Positions 49,587 through 62,310 of a stretch of 64,000 bases of DNA are shown piece after piece; the stretch's first letter is position 1; the number at the start of each line of letters is the position of its first letter. The notes under the pieces are model-generated. The model saw only the letters and a program-made list of their open reading frames with translations. It had not been told where the DNA came from and did no database searches. Position numbers and translations under genes: made by a program. This stretch comes from Takakia lepidozioides (Eukaryota; Plantae; Bryophyta): NCBI GenBank assembly GCA_030704615.1, contig CM060731.1, positions 56,668,001 to 56,732,000 of the forward strand, in the 5' to 3' direction.

Positions 49587-52123
49587 ACCACAAATCAACT
49601 CACTAAGGTTGAGAAAGGAATATGGCGGACAAGTTCAGGCAGAGAAAGACGTCGGCCGGGAACACACTGAGGCGAATTTGGGAGAGATTGAACCATACAC
49701 TCTACTCTAGGATAGCGAAATGTTGAGAGAGAGGAAAAAGCAGCCCCAACCTAGAGAGACTTCTAAACCAAACAGAGCGCAGAATGGAACTTCCGAGGGA
49801 GGCACAGGATGGACTGAACAGAAGCACATTAAATGCGAGTGATGGGCTAGGAATAACTGCGGGCCATTAGCTCTACATCCACGCACCACGTTGGAATCCA
49901 TGCTATTGTCTTCTTCACGACTATGAGTCTCAAAGAGGGAACTCCAGTGGGAACAAAAAAGATCGTGAGAACTTAAGCGAGAACATGGGAAGAACTAACA
50001 CTATAATAATGTCTCCAGTTTCCACCACACGAGGCACAATCCAGAAAAGTTAAAACTTCGACAGCACTAAAACTACCATACACGAGTTTCATCATCGAGA
50101 CAACAATTGTACACATTTCTTGTTTAGGACCTTTGGTGGAGGTCCTGCAGAGGCTATAAGCTGCGGGATTCCACCTCCAGAATCCGACATGCATGACCAC
50201 GGGGCAATCAAACCATAAAATCTACCAAGTATAGTTGACCGTAGCACATCTCGAAACCATGCAGAGGAACAAACATCAAACACACCATCTGTCTAAAGTC
50301 TCTCAGCAAAACCATAGTACAGGTAAATGGTTGACAGGGTTTGGACCGCCAAGTCAGATCTCAGAGAAACTGGACGCCACATAACAGACGAAATTACTAA
50401 AGTGTCCCTGAACATCCACCTACTCTCGCCTAAAAAATTGGGGATTATGATATTCAACCAAATTGCACTGCTTCACATTATATTGATGCACCTGAAAGGC
50501 ATTCGTTACTCACTGAATGGTATGTACAGCTTCTTCAACTAAAAGAGTTGGTTGATGTCCAAATATACAAGACATTAGCCACGCCTACCACTTTTAGAAG
50601 TCTCTTCTTGAGAAAGAGATCCTATTGTGTGCCTCTACGACAAGAACAAAACAATAGCCAGCGTTATTCTTTATGATGAGAATCAGAGGCTGCAATGTAC
50701 TCTGTGCACAAGAAAAAAGCTGCCAGTCCATAACATATGAGACAGTCAGCAGAGTGATGTGCATAGTCTCTAACTCGAATCGATCTTTTTCTTCCTGTAG
50801 CAATTATATTGAGCATCAACAGTTGTAAGTGAGAGAGTGTGGACTGAAGGTATGAAAAGAGATTTCAGCATGGCGTGAATATTGAGCAAATACTAGGCCT
50901 GAAAGTAGAGAAACTAAATCTGGAGGGTCTGGACTAGGCAGACAGATCGTTTCCAGTAATTCTGTCAGATACCATCACTATCTGGCACCATCACTCAATC
51001 ATGCACTAGCTCACCTAATATCATGGGAATTTCAGCATGAAGTTAATACCCGATCTGCAGATAGAGAAAGTAATCTTAACAGAGTTGGCTGCACTTATCT
51101 CGTCCGTATCATCTGATGTGTGTACTGATGTAGAACAAACAGATCATCAGAGGCGATATTGATCTTTATCAGTTACAAATCCACCATTAGCTGTTGAGGC
51201 TGCCTTGGACACCAACACGCTGTCCCTCTCTAGACATGCGTGTGATATAATATATATAACTTGACATTGCTTTCTATGTCGTTTTCCTGTCTCTGGAGAT
51301 CTTTCCTCTCAAGAACAAGCACATAGTCACTGAGATCCCCCGATGAATACTCCACTGAAGTTGACAGTCGCCTCAAGTTCCACATTGAATTCAAAATCTC
51401 TCGAGTGCAGCGATCAACTATCTCGCTCTCCCCCGACTCCCCATTCCGCAAATATACATAGTGTCTATATTGGCGAGTCCCAGTCCTCTTTTATCATCCC
51501 CTTTTCTCCGCAGTATGGAGAGGTCTGTTTGTCTCACTCTCCTGGTTTCTTTACTTTCGCGTCCCACCATGCACGCAAAAACAGACGCTCCAGACGTGCC
51601 CTTTGGCTTGTTCAACTTCGAACAACTAAACCGACAGGCGTTCTTTCATCCAATGATGGCAGAGAGTGGATGCATTCTTAGTACAGGTTAGGTTCTCAGT
51701 GCGGGTCCAGTTACAGTAGAGGTACTTATTAGGAGCAGTTTGTGGCATGATGAGAAACAAGAGAGTCGCTTACATTCTCAAAGACACCAAAACATTTTCC
51801 GATTCCTGTGGCTCAACTCGCCCATAAGAAGCTACGAGTACTACAATCGAAATGCAGCTACAGTTTTAAGGAGGACTCTTAACATTTGAATGCAGCTCCA
51901 GTGTACTGTTCACTCAAATTTGCTTCTTGTGATCTTGGTTTGCTTACTGCACCTAAAGAGCCGATGCTTGTGCAAGCACACTAAGGAGCTACTTCAGAGG
52001 AATAAAACCCGACAAGATGTAAGTGACAAGATACAAGGTGTACACATATAATTGTGATGCTTGCCTTTAGTGCAGTTTTACTGTTATTGCATCTGCCTGA
52101 ACAAGGCAGCTGTAACTTGTAAA

Positions 52124-55100
52124 CTAGCCAAGTGAAGCTCTACCACCTTTTACACTATTTACAGCAGCCATGCCAAATGCCTGGGTGAGGATATGCCTGT
52201 CTAAGACTTCCCACACTCGCACCACAACTCCATTGGCGGCAGCAGTAAATGCATAACGAGCTGCCTCTCTCCTCATACAGAGGCTCACCTCATCACTCAA
52301 CAGTTCATGCAATACATCCAGCAATTGCTCCCCATCAACCTGCACTTCACAACCTTCAACCAAGATGAGAGAGAGAGGTTTGCAACTACACGCTGTAGTC
52401 AATTCTTTCATCTCTGTACACACGGATGGGATTAATAATCACATGAAAAACACCCCCTGACACTTCGTTTTCAAAGGTGTGTCATTGGCAGTTCACACAT
52501 TCAGTAGCTGCAATTCAAGGTCCATATGGGTGGTCAGTGAGGCTTGGATTGGTTTGCAATCACGCAAAGTCAAGAAAAGCAAGCAAGCAAAGCACCCTGA
52601 TACCCTACTGGAAAGCCCACACAGCCAAATGGTACAAAAAATCAATTTGCACCTGCTGAACAGATAGTGGAGCCAGCTTCTGCATCTCAGACACCATTTC
52701 TGCGAAATGCCCTATGTGATGCCCTGTGCAGGAACACAGACATGACAACATAATACACAAACCTTTGACCTTGCAATGACAAAGGTAGTGAAAGAAGCCA
52801 AGCTACAGGAACTCATGTCCAAGCATTATCCTCTAATACAGGCTAGTTACAGAGTCAAGCTGAGCTTCTTGAGCATACAAGCAAGGCCTAGACATGCATG
52901 TGGATAGAGCATACCAAGCCTCATATGCAAGAGTGCCATGTTATTGGCCATCTTGTCGTTTGCCCAAAGACGCCCTCTGAGAAATGATCAAGTTGGTCAC
53001 TTCATCCAATTATAAACACTGATTTAGCTCACAAATACATACCCGTAAGGACAGCACATCCCGCAGCAGCAGCTTCAGCAATATTGTGACCTTTCAACCC
53101 TTCAACAAGAGATCCTCCCACAAAGGCAATAGGCACCAGAGCATACAATTCTTTAAGTTCACCTGCATAACATGACCAAATAGGTGTTGCAAACGGTCAT
53201 TGAGTACATGCTCTCTACGTTCTGCACACAATGCTGACTGATTGACCGAAAATGCAACTCAGTGGTTTCATACAGAACAACCAGATAAACAATGTAGCTA
53301 CAACGAGGTACTATCTGCTACCTTAAAAAAACAAACTTGTGTTGTCAGTGCCTGTAGACACATTCTCCTTAACATGTCCATTTATCCTGCAATTACCTAC
53401 ATAGGAAAAGAACAAACCTATCGTGTCAGCAACATACACATCTGTGCCTTTGAGAATCGGTTCTCCTTGCGATCTTTGTGAAACATCCAATCCCTCCTCT
53501 TGCAAGCGCTGCCCTATCAATATAGAAAGTCAAGCTTCACTTCATGCAAAAGCTATCTTAACATAGCTTCCACCAAAGCATTCCAAATTTGTATTGCAGG
53601 TGTGTGTGTGTCTCTCTCTCTACCGTGAAAACTGTTCCTATGATTCAAAACAGCCCTGATGAACTGGAGTATATTTCAATGGCTTATAACGCTCCCATTA
53701 GTTCTTCTGAGATTGTGGAAGCACTTGAACATTTAAATGGATATAAAGCTGGTGGACCTGATGCTATTGTCAACGAGCTTATCAAGCACGGTGGCGATCC
53801 CATGATAGAGGCCCTAGTTCTCCTCTTTAACCTTATCTGGAAGACTGAAATGATCCCCTTTCGCTGGCGACAGGGGGTCATTGTCAATCTATACAGAAGG
53901 GTGACAGAGAAGAACCGGGGAACTACCGTGGCATCTGTTGGAAAACCACTGGCGTGTGGTCGGGCTAGGGATTGAACCTAGGACCTCCCCCATTCCGGTG
54001 GGGTGCTCTACCACTGAGCTACCCGTCCCGTTCTGTTCTCAAAGTGCCGTGCAAGGGCTATAACCTTGACACTCCAACAGCATCACGCTCCTCAATGCTG
54101 TTGGCAAGACATTCTGCAGAGTTATAAGTACTCGTCTCGAGGTTGATCTGGAGTCCAGAGGTTGTTTCCACGAAGGCCAAGCTGGCTTTCGGCGAAACAG
54201 GGGCTCTGTGGATCATATCTTCACTCTAAGCCAGATTATCCAGGGAAGGAAAAAAATGGGAAACCCACTTATGTTTTTTTCCTGGATGTCAAAAAGGCTT
54301 ATGACACAGTGTGGAGAGATGGCCTATGGTTCCCTGACATTAGCCTCTAGCTCCCAAAGATCAAAGTATCTCTTCACGCAATCAATCAGGAGATTGGTTG
54401 GAGTCTCCCCTATGCCTGCGAAGTCATCCGCAAACATAAGGGCTGGTATGGTGATATCACCCACCCTTAACCCAAATCCCTCACTTTCCACATCCTCGAG
54501 GAGTTGATTGATGAAAACATTGAAGAGCAGAGGGGAGAGAGTACATCCTTGAGCTACACCTTGGTCTATGTCATAGAAGTTGGACTTCTGTCCGTTAACA
54601 GTGACACGGCTTTTGGTGTGAGCATACAAGTTGTGGACAACTCTCCACATCTTCCCCTTGATCCCACAAGACCAGAGCAGTGGTAGCATTCAACGACAGA
54701 GGAGAGGGAGGAAGTGATCTTAAGTGGCAGTGGGGTAGCCAAGAGATCCCGGTCCTCCCTTCCTACACTTACCTGGGCGTTGAGTTTTCCTCCAATTGTA
54801 ATTGGGATGCACATATCCGGAAAGTTGTTCAAACTGGCAAGGGCAAAGCTCTGGGGCTCACTAAATTTTTCCACTGCAGAGGGGTCAATTAAGAAAACTA
54901 TGCTTTGTCGCGTTATTAGACCTGCCTTGGAGTACGGATCTGCAATATGGGTTGATAACTCCAACCAGGCTAAGTCTCTAGAATCCATTCAAGTGGGGGT
55001 GCTTAAGGAGTGTATGTCAGCATGCTCCAAAACAGCCAATGTGGCTGTTCCGGGTGAGTTTGGCATTCCGTCCTTAAGCTCCCGACGAGATGAATTCAAG

Positions 55101-58100
55101 GTCAGATGGTGGGGTCAGCTGCAACATATGTCCAACACCAGATATACTAGGTTAATCGACTCTATATCTTGGAAACAGGACCGCCCTGTCAAACAGGCTA
55201 AGTCCTGGCAGAAGAGAGTAGAAGAGATTCTCAAGGACCGGGACCTGGATCTGCAAGTCTTGACCCTGCTGGATAAATCTGACTTAGAGGCTGTAGTGTC
55301 CAAAGCCATGTCTGTTGCCATGAGATTGTCTGATAAAAATGAAGTTAGGCAGAAAAATTCCCTGAACTTGTTTCCAGTCAGTGACATGGGGGAGGACATC
55401 TTGGATGACCTCAAGGGTCTACCCACTCTTGGCACTAGACTGAAATTTAAACTCAGGGCAGGAAGCCTACCTTTGAACAGCAAACAGAAGCAGAGAGGAA
55501 AGGGAGAGTGCAATTGCCCGTTGTGTGGGCAATCTGAAGACAGTATTCATTTTCTGATACACTGTCCGGGGTTCTCTCACCAAAAAGACGCTCTCTTCAA
55601 ATCTATAAAGGGAATTGCGCCTGTTGGATGGTTATTCTAAAATTAGTTCAAAATGCACTAGAGAAAGTTATCATTGGCTTCACATCAGATAACAACTGGG
55701 TTCAAAGCTATGGGAGATGACACCAGTATATTAGTAACCTCGTCAATGGCACTCAACCTTCCATTTCAAACCAATCTCTTTTCTAATAATAACACCTATG
55801 TACCCTAAAGACCTTCATAAATCGTCTCCGAGTACCCATTGCAGTTTTCTTCTGGTCGATGTAAGACACAAGACATTGCCTACATTCATATCCCTTCTAT
55901 ATGTGTGCATATACTTTTAGTCCCCAAGGATATGACACCTCATAGTTTCAGGTTTTGCTGTGTGCATAGGCACATACAAACATGACCACTACTTAGTGGC
56001 AAGTAGTACTCACAGTCCGAATCTGATGACCACGCTCCGGATGCCTGGGCGCAATGATGGTAAGCAAACTTGGTGTCCGGCTTTTGAGCTGCTTGTGGAG
56101 GCTTACAATTGCTGCAGCCCATCCATTCACACCAGAATCCCAAGCTTCCGTCAGCCAACATTATAAAATGAACTATGTATGACCTAATGGTGTTATAGAA
56201 TGTTGGAGTCATATGATTGTCTAAAATGGGTAGGATGCAGTGTTTCAAGAGATCATATCCAGAAAAAAGAAATATGGACACCTGACATTGGTAAAAACGT
56301 AGTTCTAAGTTCTCTCCCAATCCTTCCATCACTTCACTAGTCCCGTACGACAAGAGTGAAAGAAAGACCGTCTTCTTCTTCCATGTGGGTGGAGGCAGCG
56401 AGCCAAATTTTTCTGCCAGACAACCCCTTTTGTAGTTCAAGCAACAATGGTCCCACTGCTCGTGTAGAGATTCTCGCCTTCGCATGCTGTGACGAACATG
56501 ACTGAATGTTAGAGAGGAGAGCCATAGACATGGTTTCATTTTTCCCTTGGGTAAGTCACCAACACGCTCTTTGAATGTTCTCTGGAAACTACGGCTTTGA
56601 GGTACCCATGAGTGTATCTTCCCTGAAGATACTAACAGAGAGATAGAGAGAACACATCAAGAAAAGACGTCATATTCAATTTGAAGCCAGTTGTGACTTG
56701 GTATGTGCACAAAGGAGGGCAAACTACACTATCTGCCTACCAAAGCAGATAAACAATAGAAAACAAAAACCGTTTCTCTCAATAACCTGCCAATAAGATA
56801 AAACAAGCATACTTAAACCAGGTAACAATACTGCATACTCAATGCAAATACATTTTCCAGCAACTTACCATACTTGAGATTGAAAGGGAATGGAAGTGGA
56901 TCACAAAGGGAGGTGCCCCCAAGATCTGGAAGCGCACTGCCTCCTTGGTGCTCTACCTTTCCATCCCAGAAACCAGGCATGTCAACCTCAATGACTACTT
57001 CATGTGCACAAATCATCTGCATGCCTTGTAACCAAGGCAATTGTGGCCAGATCCAGTTGTCCATTTATGAGGTACAAAATCCTGAGAAACAAAAAATAAA
57101 AGAGATCAGCACCACAGCTTTTTCTCAGAGAGCAGTAGTTCCGAATCTTAGCGGAAGTCGGAACTTGTGAGGCTTCCAGAAACTAAAATAGTTTTAAGAA
57201 AAAGGCCTTGATGGCCCGTTTCTTGATATATTGGTGTTCTTCCTTGCGTATATACGCGTGCAGCTTGGATCAGACTTTTGTAAGTGTTAGGTGAGGCAGC
57301 TTGTAGTCTCAAAAAACACACATGAAACAAAAGTGGAAAAACTTACCAGAGGGGCAATAAGCAAAAACTGCGAGAGCATGGTTGCCACAAGCGATCTCAC
57401 TGGTGTTAAGGACCACCGCTCAAATGACTTTGCTGACATGCGTGCATTAAGCAGTGCCAACGGCATCGGCCTCCATACACATTTCAAATGAGAGTGAGGT
57501 AAGATCCACAAATGGCTGGGACTCGCCAATTCTTGGAAGTCTGTCAATTGAGTATTCTTACTACCAAAGCATTTCAAGTAAAATGAGAGTTTGTAAAAGA
57601 TGAGGCCTAACCCTTGTCTTGCAGATGCTAAAAGAAGATTTGGCCACAATTCACTTTCCATGAAGATACCAGCTTGTGGATGCCAATACCTCAAGAACCT
57701 CTCCACTGCCACAGGAGTATCCACCGGTGCAAACTGCACAATTTCCATCCAAGAGGTTGTGTCAGATGCTCATATCATCTCTGCAGGACCAGGAGAGATT
57801 TGGAGATTCGGAGACTGTAGTGTTACTTAACAGTCGCGAAACCGGTTGGAGATTTAGGTCATAACAAGTTATTCTGGGCACGTGCAAAACTGCAATCAAT
57901 CACTGCAGGAGAATTAAGACCCACCTGACAAAGCACACCTGGTGGAAGGAACCGCTCCAAAACAGAGCTGTGAATAAGCCAACAAGTCGAGATCAGCTGT
58001 GTCAGAAACAGCGTGCATGCCTCTGCATAAGTGAACGGATTCAGACAAGGTACTCGTGCAAGGTTGCACTTGTGATGCTTACAATGGCGACACTGAACAT

Positions 58101-58793
58101 AGCACAGAGGTCTTGTGGAATGCAGCTCTAAACAACAGAAGACGGGAAGGAAATGATGATAAAGATCACGAGATATTGAAAGCATATCAGAGACTTACTT
58201 TGCTGTCACTGTTGAAGTTGTCATCAGAATGTTAACAGAAGGTCGAACCTGGATACAATGTCGTATAATTGGAATTGCTGCCATCCCATCCCCTGTTGTA
58301 AAAAGCCCACGTATCAAAAAAATGACAATTGGTACTACGCTGCTCGAAAACTCTTCAACACCCACGGGTGCGGAACGTGTGACAAAGGTTCCATCTTTTG
58401 ATTGTTGAGGCAATTTACACACTTATACTGATCTATAACATCGAAATGCCCTGATCGAGCGATCGGCTAAACAAGTTCCAACGCAGAGAGAGAAAACAAT
58501 CCATGCGTCAGAATTACAACCAGCAGACAACAGATTGGACCCTGTATCTACACCAGTTCTTGAGTACATTCACCAGTGCCAGAGAACGCACCCACAGAGA
58601 CGGCATGGAACCATAAGAGAGCTCCCGACGGCCGAGGTAGGGACGCGTAACCCAGGCGCTCAGACCATCGCAGAACATGCTCACGGCCCCGCATACGTCT
58701 CCATTGCACATGCAGCAACAGCATCGGCGACATGCCTGACATCAAAAAGCCATACACCAAGCTCGCCCAACCTTTGCTCCATTCCGGGCCCAT
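52124..58793 (-). CDS. KDTA: 3-deoxy-D-manno-octulosonic acid (Kdo) transferase, GT30, ~12 exons
   Basis: Exons encode WSERLG..LWFHAVSVG, MESELWPNL, LLNARMS, WLAASTH, IAPRHPER, DTIGEL..AFVGGSL..GHNIAEAA with canonical splice sites. Confidence 0.92.
53936..54079. mobile_element. 144-bp solo-LTR-like element (TGTTGGA..TCCAACA) with 5-bp TSD GCATC
   Basis: GCATC at 53931-53935 and 54080-54084. Removing the element restores NYRGITLLNAVGK. Confidence 0.9.
53957..54028 (-). tRNA. tRNA-like sequence (A and B boxes intact, atypical anticodon arm) inside the 144-bp element
   Basis: GGACGGG-TAGCTCAGTGGTAGAGC-ACCCCACCGGAATGGGG-GAGGTC-CTAGGTTCAATCCCTAG-CCCGACC-A. Confidence 0.8.
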
Positions 58794-59523
58794 CTCCCAT
58801 TCCCCTCCTCCCTTTGTGAGTTCTTCCCCCTCTGAATCTGAGTTGTGCGTGAACTTCCTCAGCCCTACCGCGGGGATGAAAGGCACCGATTGTGGATGAA
58901 GCAAGTGGCTCTCTACCTCTCTTCTACGATTTTTTTACCGGAGATACCCTCATATTTTCGAACTTTGATGTGCAGCGATTGAGTGTGCAGGTGTGTGAAT
59001 ATATACTTATCGAAGGTGCTCAATGGAAGTGGTCATGTCATTTGCTGGAATAGGTTCTCATATCGAAAACGAGGAGTAAATGGGATGTTCGTGGTACACT
59101 CTCGATCAACTATCGAAGCAAACTTCCTGCTTACCCTGTCTGCTGCTGAGGATTCATCGGACATACACAGAATAGGGAAGAATACACTGTCTGCCTGCCC
59201 GGAGGACAGTGTCTTTTAGAAATTGTTGAATGTAAAGAGCATCATCAACGAAGATGAAGCCATGCTCCACATTCAAAGCCCCAGTTTCCAAGTGATAGGC
59301 TGCACACGTCTGCGAAGCTTAGTGCAAAAGTGTGGGAAAAAAAGGTGAGTTGAGAAAGGGTGCACGATAAAGGTAACACAGATAATACACTTCGTGACCG
59401 GACATACTGGCCGATGCACATTTCTCTTATTAGGCTAACTTAGTACAAGATCAAAACATTGAAAACTGTCAGCCTCGTCAAATTGTACAGCAAAAGGTCC
59501 TAAAGAAACTAATCAAAAATCCT

Positions 59524-61924
59524 CTACAAATTCTCATTCGGACTATTGACGGTATCTTGAATAGATTTGGAAGCTTCCGCCAAACTCTCTCCGACGAAGG
59601 AAAGAATTCCCTTTCCTGTCTTCGAGGTCTGCTCGGTTACGCTCTGATCTGCTGTGTTTTTAGAAGAATCTGAGACTCGGCTCGCTGTATCGTGCCCAAT
59701 CTCCTTAGCTTCATTTCCCTTCCTCGCAACAGCGTTCGTAGCTTCTCCCGCTTTACCATCAGCAGCTCCTGCCGTCTCAGCAGCCTTCTGCTTGGTAGCA
59801 CCCAAAAACGATCCGGCATTATCCTTGACTTTACCGCCCTCATTTTGGACAGCACCAGCAGTTTGGGAAACCTTGTCCTCAACGCCTCCCAAAAACTCGC
59901 CAGCTTTCTGCTTTATTCCATTCCAGGTTCCGCCAGCTCTACTCTGCACATCCCTTGCTTCGTTTCCTGTGGCATCGGCAGTACGGGACGCTTTATCTTG
60001 AACAGATCCAGCTGCATCTTTCACTGCATCCTTAGCTTCATCAGCTTTGGCTCCTGCTCCATCAGTAGCCTCTCCTGCTCTATCCTTACCCTTCCCAAAT
60101 TTCTCTTTGGCAGAATCGGCAGTTCCAGATGCTTTATCTTGGACATTACCCAGAAATTCACTACCTTGGTCCTCCATTGAATCCTTAACATCCTCTGTCT
60201 GCTGCTTTGCAGCATCAGTTGTCTCAGATGCTTTCCCCGTTACGTCAGTATCAGGAGTGTCGGAGGCCTTCTCCTGTGTCGAATTCCACGTAGATCCCCG
60301 TATCTTAGCTCCCTCAGCTTTCTCTTGCGTGACATCTGCTGCTTTAGAGGCATTTTCGCTCGTCGCCTCAGCTGTTTCCGAGGCCTTATCGGCTGCTTCA
60401 GATGCCTTTTCCTTCGTCTCATCAGCTGTTTCAGAGGCCTTTTCCTTCGTCTTATCCCAGGTTGAGTCTGCACTATCCTTCACCCCCTCTGCCTTGTCCT
60501 GGACGGCATCTGCCGTTTCAGATGCCTTTCCCTTAGTGGAATCAGCTGTTTCGGATGCCCTTTCCTTCGCTCCAGAGGCCTTGTCCTGGGCAGCGTCCGC
60601 AGTCTCAGAGGCCTTCTCCTTTGTGGCATCCCACGTAGATTCCGCAGACTCCTTAGTTTCCTCTGCTGCTTTAGAGGCGTTTTCCCTCGTCGCATCAGCT
60701 GTTTCCGAGGCCTTGTCTTTTGTAGCATCAGCTGTTTCAGAGGCCTTTTCCTTAGCTGCCGCGGCCTTGTCCTTGGCAGCATCTGCAGTCTCAGAAGCCT
60801 TCTCCTTTGTAGCCTCTGTCACCCCAGAAGCTTTCTCCTTGGCGGCATCCCAAGTATCCGCTGCCTTCTCCTTGGCAGCATCCAATGTGTCTTCAGCTGT
60901 GTCCTTCACATTTTGCAATGTCTCGCCTGTTTTCTGTGAGGCAGCGTCTGCTGTCTCACTGGCACTTTGCTTAGCAGCATCGGATTTTCCCTCGAGACTC
61001 TCCTTGGCTTCATTGCTGTTATCCTTTGCAGCCCCGTACCTACATTCGTAACAGAAACCCATTTTAGAAATCTGGACCGACATGCATGCATTGTTCGGAA
61101 GTGCAATACTTTGGTCAAAATCATATAAAGCTACTTCTGTAACTAACGTATAGCAGATTGCTCGATCGGTCCTTTACCCATCTTGGGTTCCTTTCTTAGC
61201 ATCGTCAGCTGTTTCACCAGCAGACTCGGATGCTTGATTGTATGTGTCCTGGGCGCCTTCCTTGGTGCTCTCGACACCGTCACCCACAGCCTGTTTGGCC
61301 TGGTCATACTTGTCCTTTGCGCCATCTTTAAACTGTTCTAACTTATCTCCTGCTGCGTCTGAATACTGCGATAAGTTGTCCTGCATACATCACGAATATA
61401 TATTAGCAGGTCATATAAGCAGATCATAAATGGAAATAAGGACTCATCGATCAAAATTCTCTAAATCGGTTACCAAGATGTAGCAGAGATCATGAAAGCT
61501 TCGAATCAATTCGAACCATGTACACAGAGATGGCTCTACTAGCTAGATCCCCAAGTTGTCACGCTCACAACGTGATTACTCGGAACACCGCCACTACTAG
61601 CATCCAATTTCCGAAATCAATTCCAACGTGATTTCTGTCAAAGCTGAATCTGCCCACGTGCAACATCCTTACCGAATTTTCATCTTTGGATTCGGAAGCC
61701 TTCTCCGCAGCCTGGTCCGTTTTGTTGGCAGCTAGCCCTTTGGCTGCCTGGTACCGATCCTGGGCGCCCCCAATTACAGAATTAGCGCGGTCTTGCACGC
61801 CCCCCCTCAACTGTGCCAGAGACGCGTATGCCTCGTCTTCATTGTTCTTTAGGTTCTCGGCCGATGAATCACCTGCTTGGTTACTCTCCGCCTCGGCTTG
61901 CAGGTTGTTCAAGTCGGCATCCAT
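59524..61924 (-). CDS. Large group 3-type late embryogenesis abundant (LEA) protein; exons ~61672-61924, ~61180-61381, 59524-~61039
   Basis: Many 11-mer repeats (AKEKASETADA); hydrophilic A/K/E/D/T composition; GT-AG junctions. Confidence 0.88.
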
Positions 61925-62159
61925 GGCTACAAGCTGGTCTACCGCACTTAGAGAGATGCACGCACAGTCTCGGATCAAATCAAGCTCAACTGATCTCCAA
62001 GCTTCGCACCACCTCAACTCTCAAATCCGATTCCTCCCGCACAACAACAGCAATGCAAGCAGACGTGATGTAAGTGCACAAATTAAGTCTGGGTGATGAG
62101 TCGCTCTGTGTCTGTGGGACTGTGTCTGTGAGGATCGAAGTTATTGTGGGGCAACGATG

Positions 62160-62310
62160 ATGACGTGGCCCGCGGAGACCTGAGATCGACCCATTTGGCA
62201 GGCCGCAAATGGGTTCCGGCCCATTCTGTCGACACGTGGCAGAATCCACCTGTCAAGAAGCTGGCGAAGAAAGCGCAGGCTTTATCTCTAAGCATGGGAC
62301 GCGTGGCGAA
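62160..62310 (-). promoter_or_regulatory. ABRE/coupling-element cluster upstream of the LEA gene
   Basis: ACGTGGC at 62163 and 62234; ACGCGTGGC at ~62299. Confidence 0.7.

Larger units (their letters stand above)
53620..55620 (+). mobile_element. 5'-truncated LINE ORF2 (RT + C-terminal CCHC) in a KDTA intron, antisense to the gene, with an internal inversion (~54331-54680) and a 144-bp insertion
   Basis: KAGGPDAI, NYRGITLL (split), LDVKKAYDTVWR; GVAQGCTLSPLLF and MFADD on the minus strand; YTYLGV, CPLCG..HFLIHC. Confidence 0.93.

Noticed and set aside
53957-54028. Functional host tRNA gene or SINE
   Set aside because: Acceptor-stem mismatch and irregular anticodon loop; bounded by TG..CA inverted ends and a 5-bp TSD with no tail.
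59654-61051. Long plus-strand ORFs opposite the LEA gene
   Set aside because: Antisense shadow of repetitive LEA codons.
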